Below, piece by piece: positions 44,806 to 55,051 of a DNA stretch of 64,000 nucleotides. Each line of letters starts with the position of its first letter. The stretch's first letter is position 1. Made by a program: the position numbers and the translations under genes. The stretch is from Halarcobacter sp. (GTDB taxonomy: Bacteria > Campylobacterota > Campylobacteria > Campylobacterales > Arcobacteraceae): assembly GCA_048571215.1 (NCBI GenBank), contig CP182352.1:3296001-3360000 (forward strand), given 5' to 3'. Under the pieces are notes generated by a model. That model made no database searches and was not told the origin of the DNA. It saw nothing but the letters and a program-made list of their open reading frames with translations.

Positions 44806-46179
44806 ATGAATACTGATATTCCGTCAATTAGTTCCAGACTAATAACCTGGCTTACAATACCTTTACTAATCTTAACCACCATAGTGTTTGTTTATTTTTA
44901 TATTTTTTCAATTGAAAAAATTACAAAGTTTTTTGATAACAGATTGCTTGCAAGTGCAAAAAGTATTGAACACAGTTTAGGTATAGAAGATGGTGAACTT
45001 TTTGTTGATATCCCAAGTTTTTCTATTGAATTATTATCAACTAACGATAGGGGTTTAATTTATTATTCTATAGTCGATGAAAAAAAGAATCTTTTAGTAG
45101 GTTATAATCTATTATTTAATAGAAATCTAAAAGATGAAGATGAACCAGAATTTTATTATACTACTTATGATGGCTCAAAATTAAGAGCTATCTCTTATAA
45201 AACTACACTTTATAGTTCAGGTAAAGCCTACAGTGCCTATATAACTATAGGGGAAACTACAGAAGAGAGAAATGAAAATATAAAACAAGTATTGATTTTA
45301 CTATCAGCTATAATGGGAATAGTTGTTGTTTGTAGTATAGTAATCACCTTGCTTGCAGTGCGTCAAGGATTAAAACCCCTTAAAGATTTGAAGAAGATTA
45401 TCAAAAAAAGAGATGAAAAAGATTTAGAAGTATTGGTTTTTGATGCTCCTAAAGAGATAGAAGATATTGTAAAAAGTATAAATATTTTATTGAAAAGAAG
45501 TAGAAATACTATAGAGTATATAGAACAGTTTAATTCAGATATTTCCCACCAGTTAAGAACACCATTAGCAGAGATGGCAGTTCAATTGGAAACCATATAT
45601 GATAAAAAAGATAAAAACTACATAACCTTAAATTCTATCTTGAAAAATATGAAACATATCACTGAACAACTATTGTTATACGCTAAAACAAATCCAAATA
45701 CAATAAACTTAAAACGATTTAAAAAAGAGAGTCTTAATAAGATTTGTAAAAACTATAGTCTTAAGGTGGCTCCAAAAATTTATAAAAAGGGCTTTGAGTT
45801 TGCTTTTGAAGATATGCAGGAGGAGTTTTTTATCAATTGTGATTCAATAATGATTGAAAGTATGCTTGACAATATAATTAATAATGCTTTACACTATGCA
45901 GTTGATAAAAATGGTAATCCTATTGGAACAATCACCTTATCTTTAAAGAGACATAATAATACTATTTGGCTTAGTGTTAAAGATGAGGGGAAAGGTGTAG
46001 GGAAAGAGTTCTTAGATAGTATTTTTAAAAGATACTTTAGAGTTGATGGTGCTAAACAAGGAACAGGTTTAGGTTTAAGTATAGTAAAACAAATTGCCTC
46101 TTTACACAAGGCAAAAGTTAGTGCAATAAATGAAAATGGTTTAAAAATCTCAATAATTTTTAAAAATGAAAATAAATAA
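44806..46179 (+). CDS. Sensor histidine kinase, TctE-like
   Basis: FDNRLLASA N-terminal region, GETTEER, SHQLRTPL H-box, N and G boxes. Confidence 0.88.
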   Translation: MNTDIPSISSRLITWLTIPLLILTTIVFVYFYIFSIEKITKFFDNRLLASAKSIEHSLGIEDGELFVDIPSFSIELLSTNDRGLIYYSIVDEKKNLLVGYNLLFNRNLKDEDEPEFYYTTYDGSKLRAISYKTTLYSSGKAYSAYITIGETTEERNENIKQVLILLSAIMGIVVVCSIVITLLAVRQGLKPLKDLKKIIKKRDEKDLEVLVFDAPKEIEDIVKSINILLKRSRNTIEYIEQFNSDISHQLRTPLAEMAVQLETIYDKKDKNYITLNSILKNMKHITEQLLLYAKTNPNTINLKRFKKESLNKICKNYSLKVAPKIYKKGFEFAFEDMQEEFFINCDSIMIESMLDNIINNALHYAVDKNGNPIGTITLSLKRHNNTIWLSVKDEGKGVGKEFLDSIFKRYFRVDGAKQGTGLGLSIVKQIASLHKAKVSAINENGLKISIIFKNENK

Positions 46180-46181
46180 TC

Positions 46182-47510
46182 GAGACCGTTCAAAAATCTG
46201 TGTCAAGTCACCTAAAGTAACAAATCCATACTTGTTACAACTCTAAATAATTATCCAATCTCCCTTCGAAAAATATAGCAAGTTGGGAGATTGTTAAACT
46301 CCAATTATGCACTGGCTGAGTCCATTTTACTTTTGCATTTAATATTCCCATATACAACAATTTTAAAAGTGAATTCTCATTAGGGAAAGCTCCTTTTGTT
46401 TTGGTTAATTTTCTAAATTGCCTATGTACAGATTCAATAATATTTGTAGTGTACATAATCTTTCTTATCTCTTTTGGATATTTAAAATAATAAGATAAAT
46501 TCTCCCATTTATTTTGCCAAGATTGAAGTACTATGGGATATCTTTTCCCCATTTTTCATCTAGTTTTAAAAGCTCATCTTCTGCAAGTTCTTTTGTTGTT
46601 GCTTGATAAACAAGTTTTAAATCTCTCATAAACTCTTTTTGGTCTTTAGAAGCTACATACTTCAATGAATTACGAATTTGATGTACAACACAAAGTTGTA
46701 CTTCGGTATTTGGATATATTGTTTTAATAGCTTCAGGAAAGCCTTTAAGACCATCTACTGATGCAATTAGTATATCTTCTAATCCTCTATTATTTAAATC
46801 AGTAAGAACACTAAGCCAGAAGTTTGCTCCTTCACTTTGGGATAAATATAATCCTAATATATCTTTTTTACCATCAATTCCCATCCCTAAAACTGTGTAA
46901 ACTGCTTTACTCACATACTTCCCACCATCTTTTATTTTATAATGTATCGCATCAAGCCATACAAATGGATAAATAGCTTCTAAAGGTCTACTTTGCCAAG
47001 CTTTTACCTTATCTATAATTTTATCTGTAATAGTGCTTATTGTTGCACTTGATAATTGTATTTGATATATCTCTTCAATATGTTTTATAATATCTCTATA
47101 GCTTAATCCTAAGCCATACATAGATAATATCTTTTCTTCTATTTCATTAGACATTGTTGTTTGGTTTTTCTTTACAAGTTGTGGTTCAAAAGAACCTGTT
47201 CTATCTCTTGGAGTATTCAATTCAAAGGAACCACTTGTTGATTTTATTGTTTTAGAGCTTTTACCATTCTTTCTATTTTTATTTCCTGCAAATACATCTT
47301 GAGTTATATGAGAATCTAATTCTGCTTCTAAAGCAGCTTCAACTAATTGTTTTACTAATGGAGCAAGTACTCCATCTTTACCATTGATATTTTTACCTGC
47401 AAGTAAATCTTGTACAGCTTCATTAAAATCAAATTGTTTTTTCTTTTCCATCTATATCAATCCTTATAATATTTATTATATCAGACTGACACAGATTTTC
47501 TAACACTCCC
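46182..47510 (-). mobile_element. IS256-family insertion sequence, 1329 bp
   Basis: Imperfect IRs GAGACCGTTCAAAAATCTGTGTCA / GGGAGTGTTAGAAAATCTGTGTCA; 8-bp TSD AAATAATC at 46174-46181 and 47511-47518. Confidence 0.95.
46235..47451 (-). pseudogene. IS256 transposase split by a 1-nt frameshift near 46545
   Basis: PRDR..SFEP, VWLDA, VDGLKG, QLCVVHQ in ORF1; YTTNIIES..RK..KTKGAFP in ORF2. Confidence 0.9.
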
Positions 47511-47517
47511 AAATAAT

Positions 47518-48477
47518 CTAATCTTTAATCAAATAGTTATATTTTTTATATTCTTCAAGTAAATCTTCTAAAATTTTTTTAGAATTTTTAGGACCTATCC
47601 ATAGATGCCCTATATTGTTTTTCTTTAAAATATTTTGTACTTTTCTTTTTGCTAAAACTTTTTTTATGGTATTTTTTAATAATTTATATCTTTGTGGGTA
47701 TAACTCTTTAAATTTTTTTGAAACGGCCATTCCCCTTATGGAACCATTGATAATAGGCATCGTAATGCCTATTTCCTCAAGAACCTCATTTATAGTAGGA
47801 GCATCCCATCTTTTTGATCTTTTTTTAGAAATTATCGCTAAAGGGGTTACTTTTTTTCTATATTTTTCACTCCCTTGCCCTGCAATTACTAATAAATCAA
47901 TTTTAGAATCAATTAAAGCTTTTCTAGCATTTCTGCCTCCACTAAAAAGTTTTAAATTTATGTTTTGAATAGGAAGGTTCAATTTTTCAAGAAGTAATTT
48001 AAATGTGATATGACTACTTGATTTATTCATTACTCCTACTTTTAATTTTTTTGGATATTTTTTTATATATTCTAGTATTTCTAACAAAGATTCAAATTTT
48101 GAATCCTTGTTAACCAAAAAAAGGTCAAATTCAAACCATTGTAAATTTATTATCTCAAAATCTTCTAATGAAAAATTTGTATCATCTCTTAAAATTACAT
48201 TTAATAAATAGGGTGAAAATGCAGATGAGAAAAGTGTATAACCATCATTTTTTTGACTTAAGAAATATTTTGTAGCATCTAAAGAAGCGTTATCTTTTAT
48301 ATTTTTGACATCTAATTCTACACCTAACTCTTCTTGAAGAAGTGGTATCATGATTCTTGTCATTCTGTCTGCACTTCCCCCTTCTCCAAGACCAACAATT
48401 ACCTCTATAGTCCTATTTGGATAATTGTTTGCTAAAATTATGTTAGTTAGTAAAATTAACAGAAATAATATTTTCAT
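47518..48477 (-). CDS. TTT substrate-binding protein (TctC/Bug family), copy 2
   Basis: YPNRTIEVIVG..GGSADR..R, DGYTL, FSGG, APT. Confidence 0.85.
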   Translation of the reverse strand: MKILFLLILLTNIILANNYPNRTIEVIVGLGEGGSADRMTRIMIPLLQEELGVELDVKNIKDNASLDATKYFLSQKNDGYTLFSSAFSPYLLNVILRDDTNFSLEDFEIINLQWFEFDLFLVNKDSKFESLLEILEYIKKYPKKLKVGVMNKSSSHITFKLLLEKLNLPIQNINLKLFSGGRNARKALIDSKIDLLVIAGQGSEKYRKKVTPLAIISKKRSKRWDAPTINEVLEEIGITMPIINGSIRGMAVSKKFKELYPQRYKLLKNTIKKVLAKRKVQNILKKNNIGHLWIGPKNSKKILEDLLEEYKKYNYLIKD

Positions 48478-48485
48478 TAGATGCC

Positions 48486-49244
48486 TTATAAAGATACATA
48501 TATATTAATTGAATCAAAAATTAATTTACTGCCAAGTATAAGTATAACAATTTTTAAAATCTTTTTAAATAAAACATCGTTAGATTTATCAAGTAATTTT
48601 TTTCCAATAATTGTTCCTAGGTATGAAACTAATATTAAAAGCACTATTAAAAATAACCATAAGGAGTAGTCAAAGCCTAAATTTCCAAATATTATAGCTT
48701 TTCCTAAATTTTGAAAAGAGACACACCATGCAAGTGTACCAACTATAAATTGTCGATTATTTATAAAGGCACTGAAAAAAAGTATCACTATTGGACCCAT
48801 TGCTCCAATAAACATGGTTAAAAAACCAGTTATTGCACCAACTAATATTATCATATAGTTATTTACTTTTTTTATTTGAAATTTTGGTAAAAAATTTAAT
48901 AAGATAATCCCTAAACCTAGTATAAATTTCATTATATATTCAGGTAGTGTAACTAAAAAATGTATTGATAGGGAATATCCCAATAAAGTTCCAAATAAAA
49001 AAAGGAGAAAGATTTTAAATATTACAGATTTTCTAAAAATAAAAGAACGAACGAAACCTGCACCAGCTTGGGTTAAAGCATGGACAGATAAAAGGGTAGT
49101 TGCAGGTAGAACCATACTCATACCTGCAATTACAAAAAGTCCTCCTCCTGCACCTACACTAGTTGTTATAAGTGAACCAAAAAAGCAACTAATTAATAAA
49201 ATAATTAGATCTATGGTATCTATAGGAAGAGTAAAGAAGTCCAT
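48486..49244 (-). CDS. TauE/SafE family membrane transporter
   Basis: VGAGGG, GFLTMFIGAMGP, GTIIGKKLL. Confidence 0.85.
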   Translation of the reverse strand: MDFFTLPIDTIDLIILLISCFFGSLITTSVGAGGGLFVIAGMSMVLPATTLLSVHALTQAGAGFVRSFIFRKSVIFKIFLLFLFGTLLGYSLSIHFLVTLPEYIMKFILGLGIILLNFLPKFQIKKVNNYMIILVGAITGFLTMFIGAMGPIVILFFSAFINNRQFIVGTLAWCVSFQNLGKAIIFGNLGFDYSLWLFLIVLLILVSYLGTIIGKKLLDKSNDVLFKKILKIVILILGSKLIFDSINIYVSL

Positions 49245-49246
49245 TT

Positions 49247-50317
49247 TTACACCAAAACTTCACCATTAAGAAGTAATCTAATTGTTCTTGTAGTTTTCCC
49301 TTCAACTTCCATAAAATCTTCACTAGGGAAATTAATCCCAACATCAATTACTCCAGAAGGTGTTTCAATTTTAACATTATGTTCGCCAATTTTAAACTCT
49401 TTATTATTTATTTGGTTTAATAGAGTTCCTTTTATAAAACATCCTGCACTTACACAAAATCCTGCACTTACAGCAAGCGCTGGGTGAGCTGTTTCGGGAG
49501 TAAAGTATCTTATATTTATATCTGCTTCATCTTGTGCTTTTGAAATAACTGCAAATTTTGGTATTACATTTCCTTTGCATGGACCTAAGCCCATTGCATG
49601 TGAGGCTAAATCTCTAATCTTTTCTAATTTTTCAAATAACTCTTTTTTTTCATCTAGTTTGGCAGGTGTCTCATAACCACTGATTCCCATATCTTGGGCT
49701 TTTACAAAAACAACTGGCATTGAGATATCAATACAAGTTGCTTTAACTCCATCAAATTCATCAATCACATTACCTGTGGGCAAATAAGAACCTGTTTTAC
49801 CTCCAGCAATATTTTTGAAAAACATTTTTACAGGAGCTGCAGTTCCTGGAACTCCAGGAATTGAAAAATCTCCTTTATAAGTTATAGTTCTATTTGGAGT
49901 TTTAATAGTTTGAGAAATAGTTGCCCCTGTATTAACATCATATACATTTACAATAGTTTCTCCATCTTCAATATTTACCAAACCTCTTTCTAAACCAAAA
50001 GCACCTACTGCTGTCAAAACATTTCCACAAGTTGGTTTATCATCAACAATAGCTTCATTTAGACTAGGTTGCATAAATTTATAATCCAAATCTATCCCTT
50101 CTCTTTTTGAAACTGAGATAACAGCAACTTTTGTTGTTACTGTAGTTGCCCCACCAATTCCATCTATTTGTCTAATATCTGGACTACCCATAATTTTTAG
50201 TATTAAATCGTGTCTTTCTTTTGTATCTGCTGGTAAATCATTTTCTAAAAAATAAACACCTTTAGAGGTTCCAGATCTATAAATCATACAATTTATTTTA
50301 TTTAAATCATTTTTCAT
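49247..50317 (-). CDS. PrpF-family isomerase (aconitate / 4-oxalomesaconate type)
   Basis: RSGTSKG, MGSPD.RQIDGIGGA, CGN, IPGVPGT, H.ALAVS. Confidence 0.9.
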   Translation of the reverse strand: MKNDLNKINCMIYRSGTSKGVYFLENDLPADTKERHDLILKIMGSPDIRQIDGIGGATTVTTKVAVISVSKREGIDLDYKFMQPSLNEAIVDDKPTCGNVLTAVGAFGLERGLVNIEDGETIVNVYDVNTGATISQTIKTPNRTITYKGDFSIPGVPGTAAPVKMFFKNIAGGKTGSYLPTGNVIDEFDGVKATCIDISMPVVFVKAQDMGISGYETPAKLDEKKELFEKLEKIRDLASHAMGLGPCKGNVIPKFAVISKAQDEADINIRYFTPETAHPALAVSAGFCVSAGCFIKGTLLNQINNKEFKIGEHNVKIETPSGVIDVGINFPSEDFMEVEGKTTRTIRLLLNGEVLV

Positions 50318-50318
50318 T

Positions 50319-52310
50319 TTAGTTTCCTTTTAAATACATATCATAAATTAGTCCCGTAGGAAGATGTAATGTCATAGCATCAGAAACAAACAATAAGAAA
50401 GCTATAGCACAAGAGGTAATAATGGCTATTTTCAACCAAGAACTGTTCATTTTTATTCTTATAACTAGAATAAATAAAATTGCCAATGCTGGAATAAACC
50501 CTAAAATCCAAGTCCCAAGTAAGAAAACCGGTAATATTAAGAAGTTTATCCAGGTAGTTGTCCAAGCTGAAGATAGTTGTCCATTTTCAAGGATTTCTAC
50601 TGATAATATATCTTTTTGTCTTTTTTTAGAAGTTATTTGTATTGATAAAATTACCCCAAATAGTAAAAGTAAGGAGCTGACAATTATAGGAAAAATACCA
50701 CCTAAAAATCTTAAGTCAAAAGAATCAATTAGAGCAAATAGTGCAAATGCCATTAATCCCCAAATAAATATTAATTCTCCAGAAAAGAATGTGTATTTAA
50801 AATTGCTTTCTTGATTTTCTACAGGGTTATTCTCTTTATTCTTTTTATCGTCTCTTTTTTTGAAATATAGACTTAAAAGAATTGATGCAAGCATAAATAC
50901 TATTAGGATAATTACACCTGGTCTTTCTAACATTCCCCATGAATAAAATTGTACAGCTTGATAGTAGTATGTCTCAATTGTTCCTGCCAAAACAAAACCG
51001 ATTAATAGTGCAGGTCTTGGCCAATCAAAGTACTTAAATAGTGTCCCTAATGCACCAATAGCAATAAGTAAAATTAAATCTTCTAAACTTCTTGTTGCTT
51101 GTAATGCTGCAAAAAAGATAATCATTAACATAAAAGGTGCAACATATCCATAAGGGATAGTTGTGATTTTAGAAATTTTGTTTGATAATAGCATACAAGT
51201 TACTGTACCTACGATATTTGCAAGGGCAAGAGACCAAATAATAATATATGAAACTTCTAAGTTCTCTTTAACCATACCAGGACCTGGTTCAATTCCAAGT
51301 ATTACTAAACCACCTAAAAAAACTGCCATTGAACCACTTCCTGGGATACCAAAAAGTAAAGTTGGAATTAATCCTCCACCTTCTTTTGCATTATTTGCAG
51401 ATTCAGGAGCAATAACACCTCTAATATCACCTTTCCCAAATTTAGATTTATCTTTTGAAGTTTGAACAACATGACCATAAGCAATCCAGTCAACAACACT
51501 TCCACCTAAACCAGGAATTGCTCCAATCATAGCTCCTATTGGGGCACATCTAGCAACTATCCATTTATGTATCCATACATCTTTTATCCCTTGGACAAAA
51601 CTACCTTTTAGTTTTTCTGATTTTGATATTTTTTTATTTTCAATTAATAAAGAGATGATTTCTGGAACTGCATAGATTCCAAGACCTAAAATAACAAGTT
51701 TGATTCCATCATATAAGTAGAAACTTCCAAATGTCATTCTAAATTCTCCTGTTGCAGGAGATGAACCAATACAACCTAAAAGTAATCCAATTGCTGCAGC
51801 GATAAAACCTTTATATAAAGATTTACCACTTAAAACACCAACCATACTAAGTCCAAATATCCCAAGAATAAATAGTTCCGCAGATCCTAACTTTAAAATA
51901 AGCTCCCTTGCAAAAACTATAAAAGCAGATAAGATAATAGCTCCCAATAATCCACCAATCAAAGATGCTGCAAAAGCTGCCCCTAGAGCCCTTGCCGCTT
52001 CACCCTTTTGGGATAGTGGATATCCATCTAAAACCGTTGCTTGTGATGCAGATGAACCAGGTATCCCCATAAGTACTGATGTGAAAGTATCTGAAGTTGG
52101 AACAACTGCAACCATTCCAATTAACATTGCTAAAGCAGATGTCGTATCCATCCCATAAAGAAAAGGTAACATTATTGAAAAACCTACAATTCCTCCAAGT
52201 CCAGGTAAGATACCTACTATAATACCTAATATTACGCCCCCAAAGAGGTATAACATGTGGTGAACTTGCATCAATTCTGTAAATGCATTCATTAAGGTAT
52301 CAAATGCCAT
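50319..52310 (-). CDS. TTT permease TctA with C-terminal TctB-like extension
   Basis: GILPGLG, IPGS..QATVLDGYPL, APESANNA, PTLLFGIPG, plus ~170 extra hydrophobic residues. Confidence 0.88.
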   Translation of the reverse strand: MAFDTLMNAFTELMQVHHMLYLFGGVILGIIVGILPGLGGIVGFSIMLPFLYGMDTTSALAMLIGMVAVVPTSDTFTSVLMGIPGSSASQATVLDGYPLSQKGEAARALGAAFAASLIGGLLGAIILSAFIVFARELILKLGSAELFILGIFGLSMVGVLSGKSLYKGFIAAAIGLLLGCIGSSPATGEFRMTFGSFYLYDGIKLVILGLGIYAVPEIISLLIENKKISKSEKLKGSFVQGIKDVWIHKWIVARCAPIGAMIGAIPGLGGSVVDWIAYGHVVQTSKDKSKFGKGDIRGVIAPESANNAKEGGGLIPTLLFGIPGSGSMAVFLGGLVILGIEPGPGMVKENLEVSYIIIWSLALANIVGTVTCMLLSNKISKITTIPYGYVAPFMLMIIFFAALQATRSLEDLILLIAIGALGTLFKYFDWPRPALLIGFVLAGTIETYYYQAVQFYSWGMLERPGVIILIVFMLASILLSLYFKKRDDKKNKENNPVENQESNFKYTFFSGELIFIWGLMAFALFALIDSFDLRFLGGIFPIIVSSLLLLFGVILSIQITSKKRQKDILSVEILENGQLSSAWTTTWINFLILPVFLLGTWILGFIPALAILFILVIRIKMNSSWLKIAIITSCAIAFLLFVSDAMTLHLPTGLIYDMYLKGN

Positions 52311-52360
52311 AATTTATCCTTTCTGTAGTTATTAACTACTAATTATTTAATTTATTGAAA

Positions 52361-52393
52361 AGATTAACATTATTGGCTGGCGTGAAACTTGCA
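52361..52393 (-). promoter_or_regulatory. Island box 2 + extended -10 (tctAB operon)
   Basis: TGCAAGTTTCACGCCAG, 10 nt ending TGT, TAATCT. Confidence 0.75.
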
Positions 52394-52406
52394 GAAAAAA
52401 TAAAAA

Positions 52407-52432
52407 AGCCACTATCAAAAAAGATAGTGGCT
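52407..52432 (-). terminator. tcuB terminator
   Basis: AGCCACTATC-N6-GATAGTGGCT with T-run on minus strand. Confidence 0.75.
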
Positions 52433-52455
52433 AAAAGAGTTATTAAAAGATTTTT

Positions 52456-53571
52456 TTAGTTATTTCTAACATATTTTGCATATTTAAGTAAGGCACCTAA
52501 TCTATATAATAGGTGTACAAATTTACAATATGGCATAATCAAAAAGAAAGCTAAAACAAAACCTAAGTGAATACATAACAAAGATGGCATCCATGCCCCA
52601 TCTCTAAGCACTAATAGCAATAAACCTGTTATATTAACCAAGGCTAACATTGCAATAAATGAATAATCCATACCAAGAAGTTTTTGTGACATTGGAATTG
52701 GATCTGCTTTGATTTTAATATATGTTAAACCAATACATCCTATTACCATTAAAATACCACCTAATGTTCCTGTTATAACAACTAATGAATTAAAATCATA
52801 TGGAGCTTGTAGACCTAAAAAGTGGTGATAAATAGCTGCCAGCGTTGTAGAGATTAGTGTTAAGATAAATCCATACATAACTGCATGATGAAACCATTTT
52901 CTAGAGTGTCCAAATCTATCATCCATATGATTGCACCCATGACCATTATCTCCCCCATCAAGGTGTTTTAATGTAGCAGCTGCACCCATTGCATATTTCC
53001 AAAGAGATAAATCAGCTAATTCAGACATCTTATCCCCATTTTCAGTCCAAAATCTTCTAAAACCAACAATAAAAGCTACAATTACATGAAAGAAAATCAA
53101 AGCTGAAACTAAAGTCATTATTTCATATGGAATTACTTTAAAAAAAGATCCCTTCCCATCATAAGCTGTAAAAAGTGAATCTGCACTGTTAAAATATGCT
53201 CCTGCAATAAACAATAAACCTATACAAATTGCAATTAAAATACTTACAACTGTTCCATTTTTTGCAAATAATTTTCCTAAAATATTAGGAAATGCATATT
53301 GAATATATGAATCAACCCTTAACTCTGAAAATGTTTTTGGTATATTTAAATCAAATTCATGTGGGGGTGCATATTGACAACCATGGTAACAACCTTTACA
53401 GTTGTGACAAAGATTTGATAGATAATTTAATGTTGGCTTATCAAAGGTTCTATACTGTGTGATTTGGGGAAATACTGGACATAAAGTCTCACAATACCTA
53501 CAGGCATTGCATATCTCCATAGCTCTACTAGCATCTTTTAATCTTAATATACTATTTTCATTACTAAACAT
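52456..53571 (-). CDS. tcuB: Tricarballylate utilisation 4Fe-4S membrane protein
   Basis: CNACRYCE..CPVF, LCHNC..C...CQYAPPHEF, PYCKFVH; start overlaps the tcuA stop. Confidence 0.93.
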   Translation of the reverse strand: MFSNENSILRLKDASRAMEICNACRYCETLCPVFPQITQYRTFDKPTLNYLSNLCHNCKGCYHGCQYAPPHEFDLNIPKTFSELRVDSYIQYAFPNILGKLFAKNGTVVSILIAICIGLLFIAGAYFNSADSLFTAYDGKGSFFKVIPYEIMTLVSALIFFHVIVAFIVGFRRFWTENGDKMSELADLSLWKYAMGAAATLKHLDGGDNGHGCNHMDDRFGHSRKWFHHAVMYGFILTLISTTLAAIYHHFLGLQAPYDFNSLVVITGTLGGILMVIGCIGLTYIKIKADPIPMSQKLLGMDYSFIAMLALVNITGLLLLVLRDGAWMPSLLCIHLGFVLAFFLIMPYCKFVHLLYRLGALLKYAKYVRNN

Positions 53572-54937
53572 TTGCTGCTCCTTTACCTGCAATTCTTCCA
53601 AAAACTCCACCAATAGTCATACCTATACCTGCAAGATATCCTTGGCTTAAAATATTTCCTGCAACCATTTCTCCTGTTGCAAATAAGTTTGTCATTGGTT
53701 TCCCATCTTCCAAATATACCCTTGCATCTTTATCTATTTTTACACCAAGATAAGTAAAAGTAACACCTGGTCTTAGGGTATAACCATAATATGGAGGAGT
53801 ATCAATTCTTCTAGCCCAATGGGTTTTATTTACTTCTAATCCTTCTGTTTTACAATTATCAAGTTTAGCAAGATCAAACTCTCCATCAACAACTGCACTA
53901 TTAAACTCATCTACTGTTTTGATAACTTGTTCTATTGGTAAATCTAGTTTTTTGGCTAATTCTTCTAATGTGTCTGCTTTAGTTGGCTCAAATACAGAAG
54001 GCATAAACAGATCAAAACTTTTACTATCAATAATTACATGTCCTACTTGATTTGGTTGAGATGCAACTAATCTTCCCCAAATTGCATATCTTTTAGGCCA
54101 AAAATCTTCACCCTCATCATAAAATCTATTTCCCTTTTCATTTAAAACAATACCAAAAGGAACACAGTCAAGTCTGGTTACAATCCCACCATCATATAAT
54201 GGCGCTCTTCCATCAACAGCAACAGCATGACCTTGTTCCTCTTTTCCTACTCTTTGAACCCCTTGAGTCAAAAGTGATTTTAGAACTTTTCCTTGATTAA
54301 ATTGAGTTCCTCTAATTAAAAAGTTTTTAGAGTGTTCTCCCCAAGCTTCTCTAAGCCATTCTCTATTTGACTCAAAACCACCACTTGCAGCTACATATGC
54401 ATCTGCTTTAAATTTTTCTATTTCACCATTTGGTAGTTTTACTTCTAAAAACTCAACTTCATTATTAAGTAGTTTTACATTTAAAACTTCATGCTCATAT
54501 AAAACTTTAACCCCTAAATCTTCCGCGATTTGATACTCTCTATTAACTAAAGTTTTTCCACCACCTAAAAAGAAAGCATTTGTTCTTGATAAACTTAGTG
54601 TTCCTTTTAAACTTGGTTGAAAATTGATACCAAGATTTTCCATCCAATAATATAAATCAACAGAACTTTTTATAGTCAAAGTTGCTAACTCTTCATTGGT
54701 TTCACCTTTTGTTACTTTAAGTAGATCTTCATAATATTCTTCAAAAGGGTAACTTTCAACTAGTGTTTTAGTTGGTTTAGGATGGTGAGTTCTCATATTT
54801 CTTGTATGTTGAGAATTCCCCCCTCTCCACTCTTTAGGTGAAGATTCAAGTATAGTTACCTTTGCTCCATGTTGGGCTGCTGATATGGCTGCACACAATG
54901 CAGCATTACCACCACCAATTACTATGACTTTTTTCAT
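53564..54937 (-). CDS. tcuA: FAD-dependent tricarballylate dehydrogenase
   Basis: GGGNAALCAA, RGGNSQHTRN, SRTNAFFLGGGK, DEGEDFWPKRYAIWG. Confidence 0.95.
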   Translation of the reverse strand: MKKVIVIGGGNAALCAAISAAQHGAKVTILESSPKEWRGGNSQHTRNMRTHHPKPTKTLVESYPFEEYYEDLLKVTKGETNEELATLTIKSSVDLYYWMENLGINFQPSLKGTLSLSRTNAFFLGGGKTLVNREYQIAEDLGVKVLYEHEVLNVKLLNNEVEFLEVKLPNGEIEKFKADAYVAASGGFESNREWLREAWGEHSKNFLIRGTQFNQGKVLKSLLTQGVQRVGKEEQGHAVAVDGRAPLYDGGIVTRLDCVPFGIVLNEKGNRFYDEGEDFWPKRYAIWGRLVASQPNQVGHVIIDSKSFDLFMPSVFEPTKADTLEELAKKLDLPIEQVIKTVDEFNSAVVDGEFDLAKLDNCKTEGLEVNKTHWARRIDTPPYYGYTLRPGVTFTYLGVKIDKDARVYLEDGKPMTNLFATGEMVAGNILSQGYLAGIGMTIGGVFGRIAGKGAANV

Positions 54938-55016
54938 AGATATCTCCTTGAAAATTTTATAATGGAATTTTAGCCTAAAGCTATATATAAGTCAAATTCA
55001 TATATATTATGGATTG

Positions 55017-55031
55017 ATAACTTTTTTGCAT
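55017..55031. promoter_or_regulatory. Putative LysR recognition site
   Basis: ATAACTTTTTTGCAT, a T-N11-A motif in the divergent tcuA/lysR spacer. Confidence 0.45.
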
Positions 55032-55051
55032 AAATAAAAGAGGGGGTAAAA

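Noticed and set aside
46178..46206. Outward-facing TTGACA in the IS end as a hybrid promoter antisense to the kinase
   Set aside because: No credible -10 at 17-nt spacing (TCGATT).
52377..52393. Island boxes 2 and 5, read on the opposite strand, match the sigma54 GG-N10-GC pattern (CTGGCGTGAAACTTGCA)
   Set aside because: Four of the six copies lack the invariant GG, the orientation points away from the adjacent genes, and all six keep fixed spacing to a sigma70 -10 on the other strand. Not fully excluded for box 5, which faces the wHTH gene.
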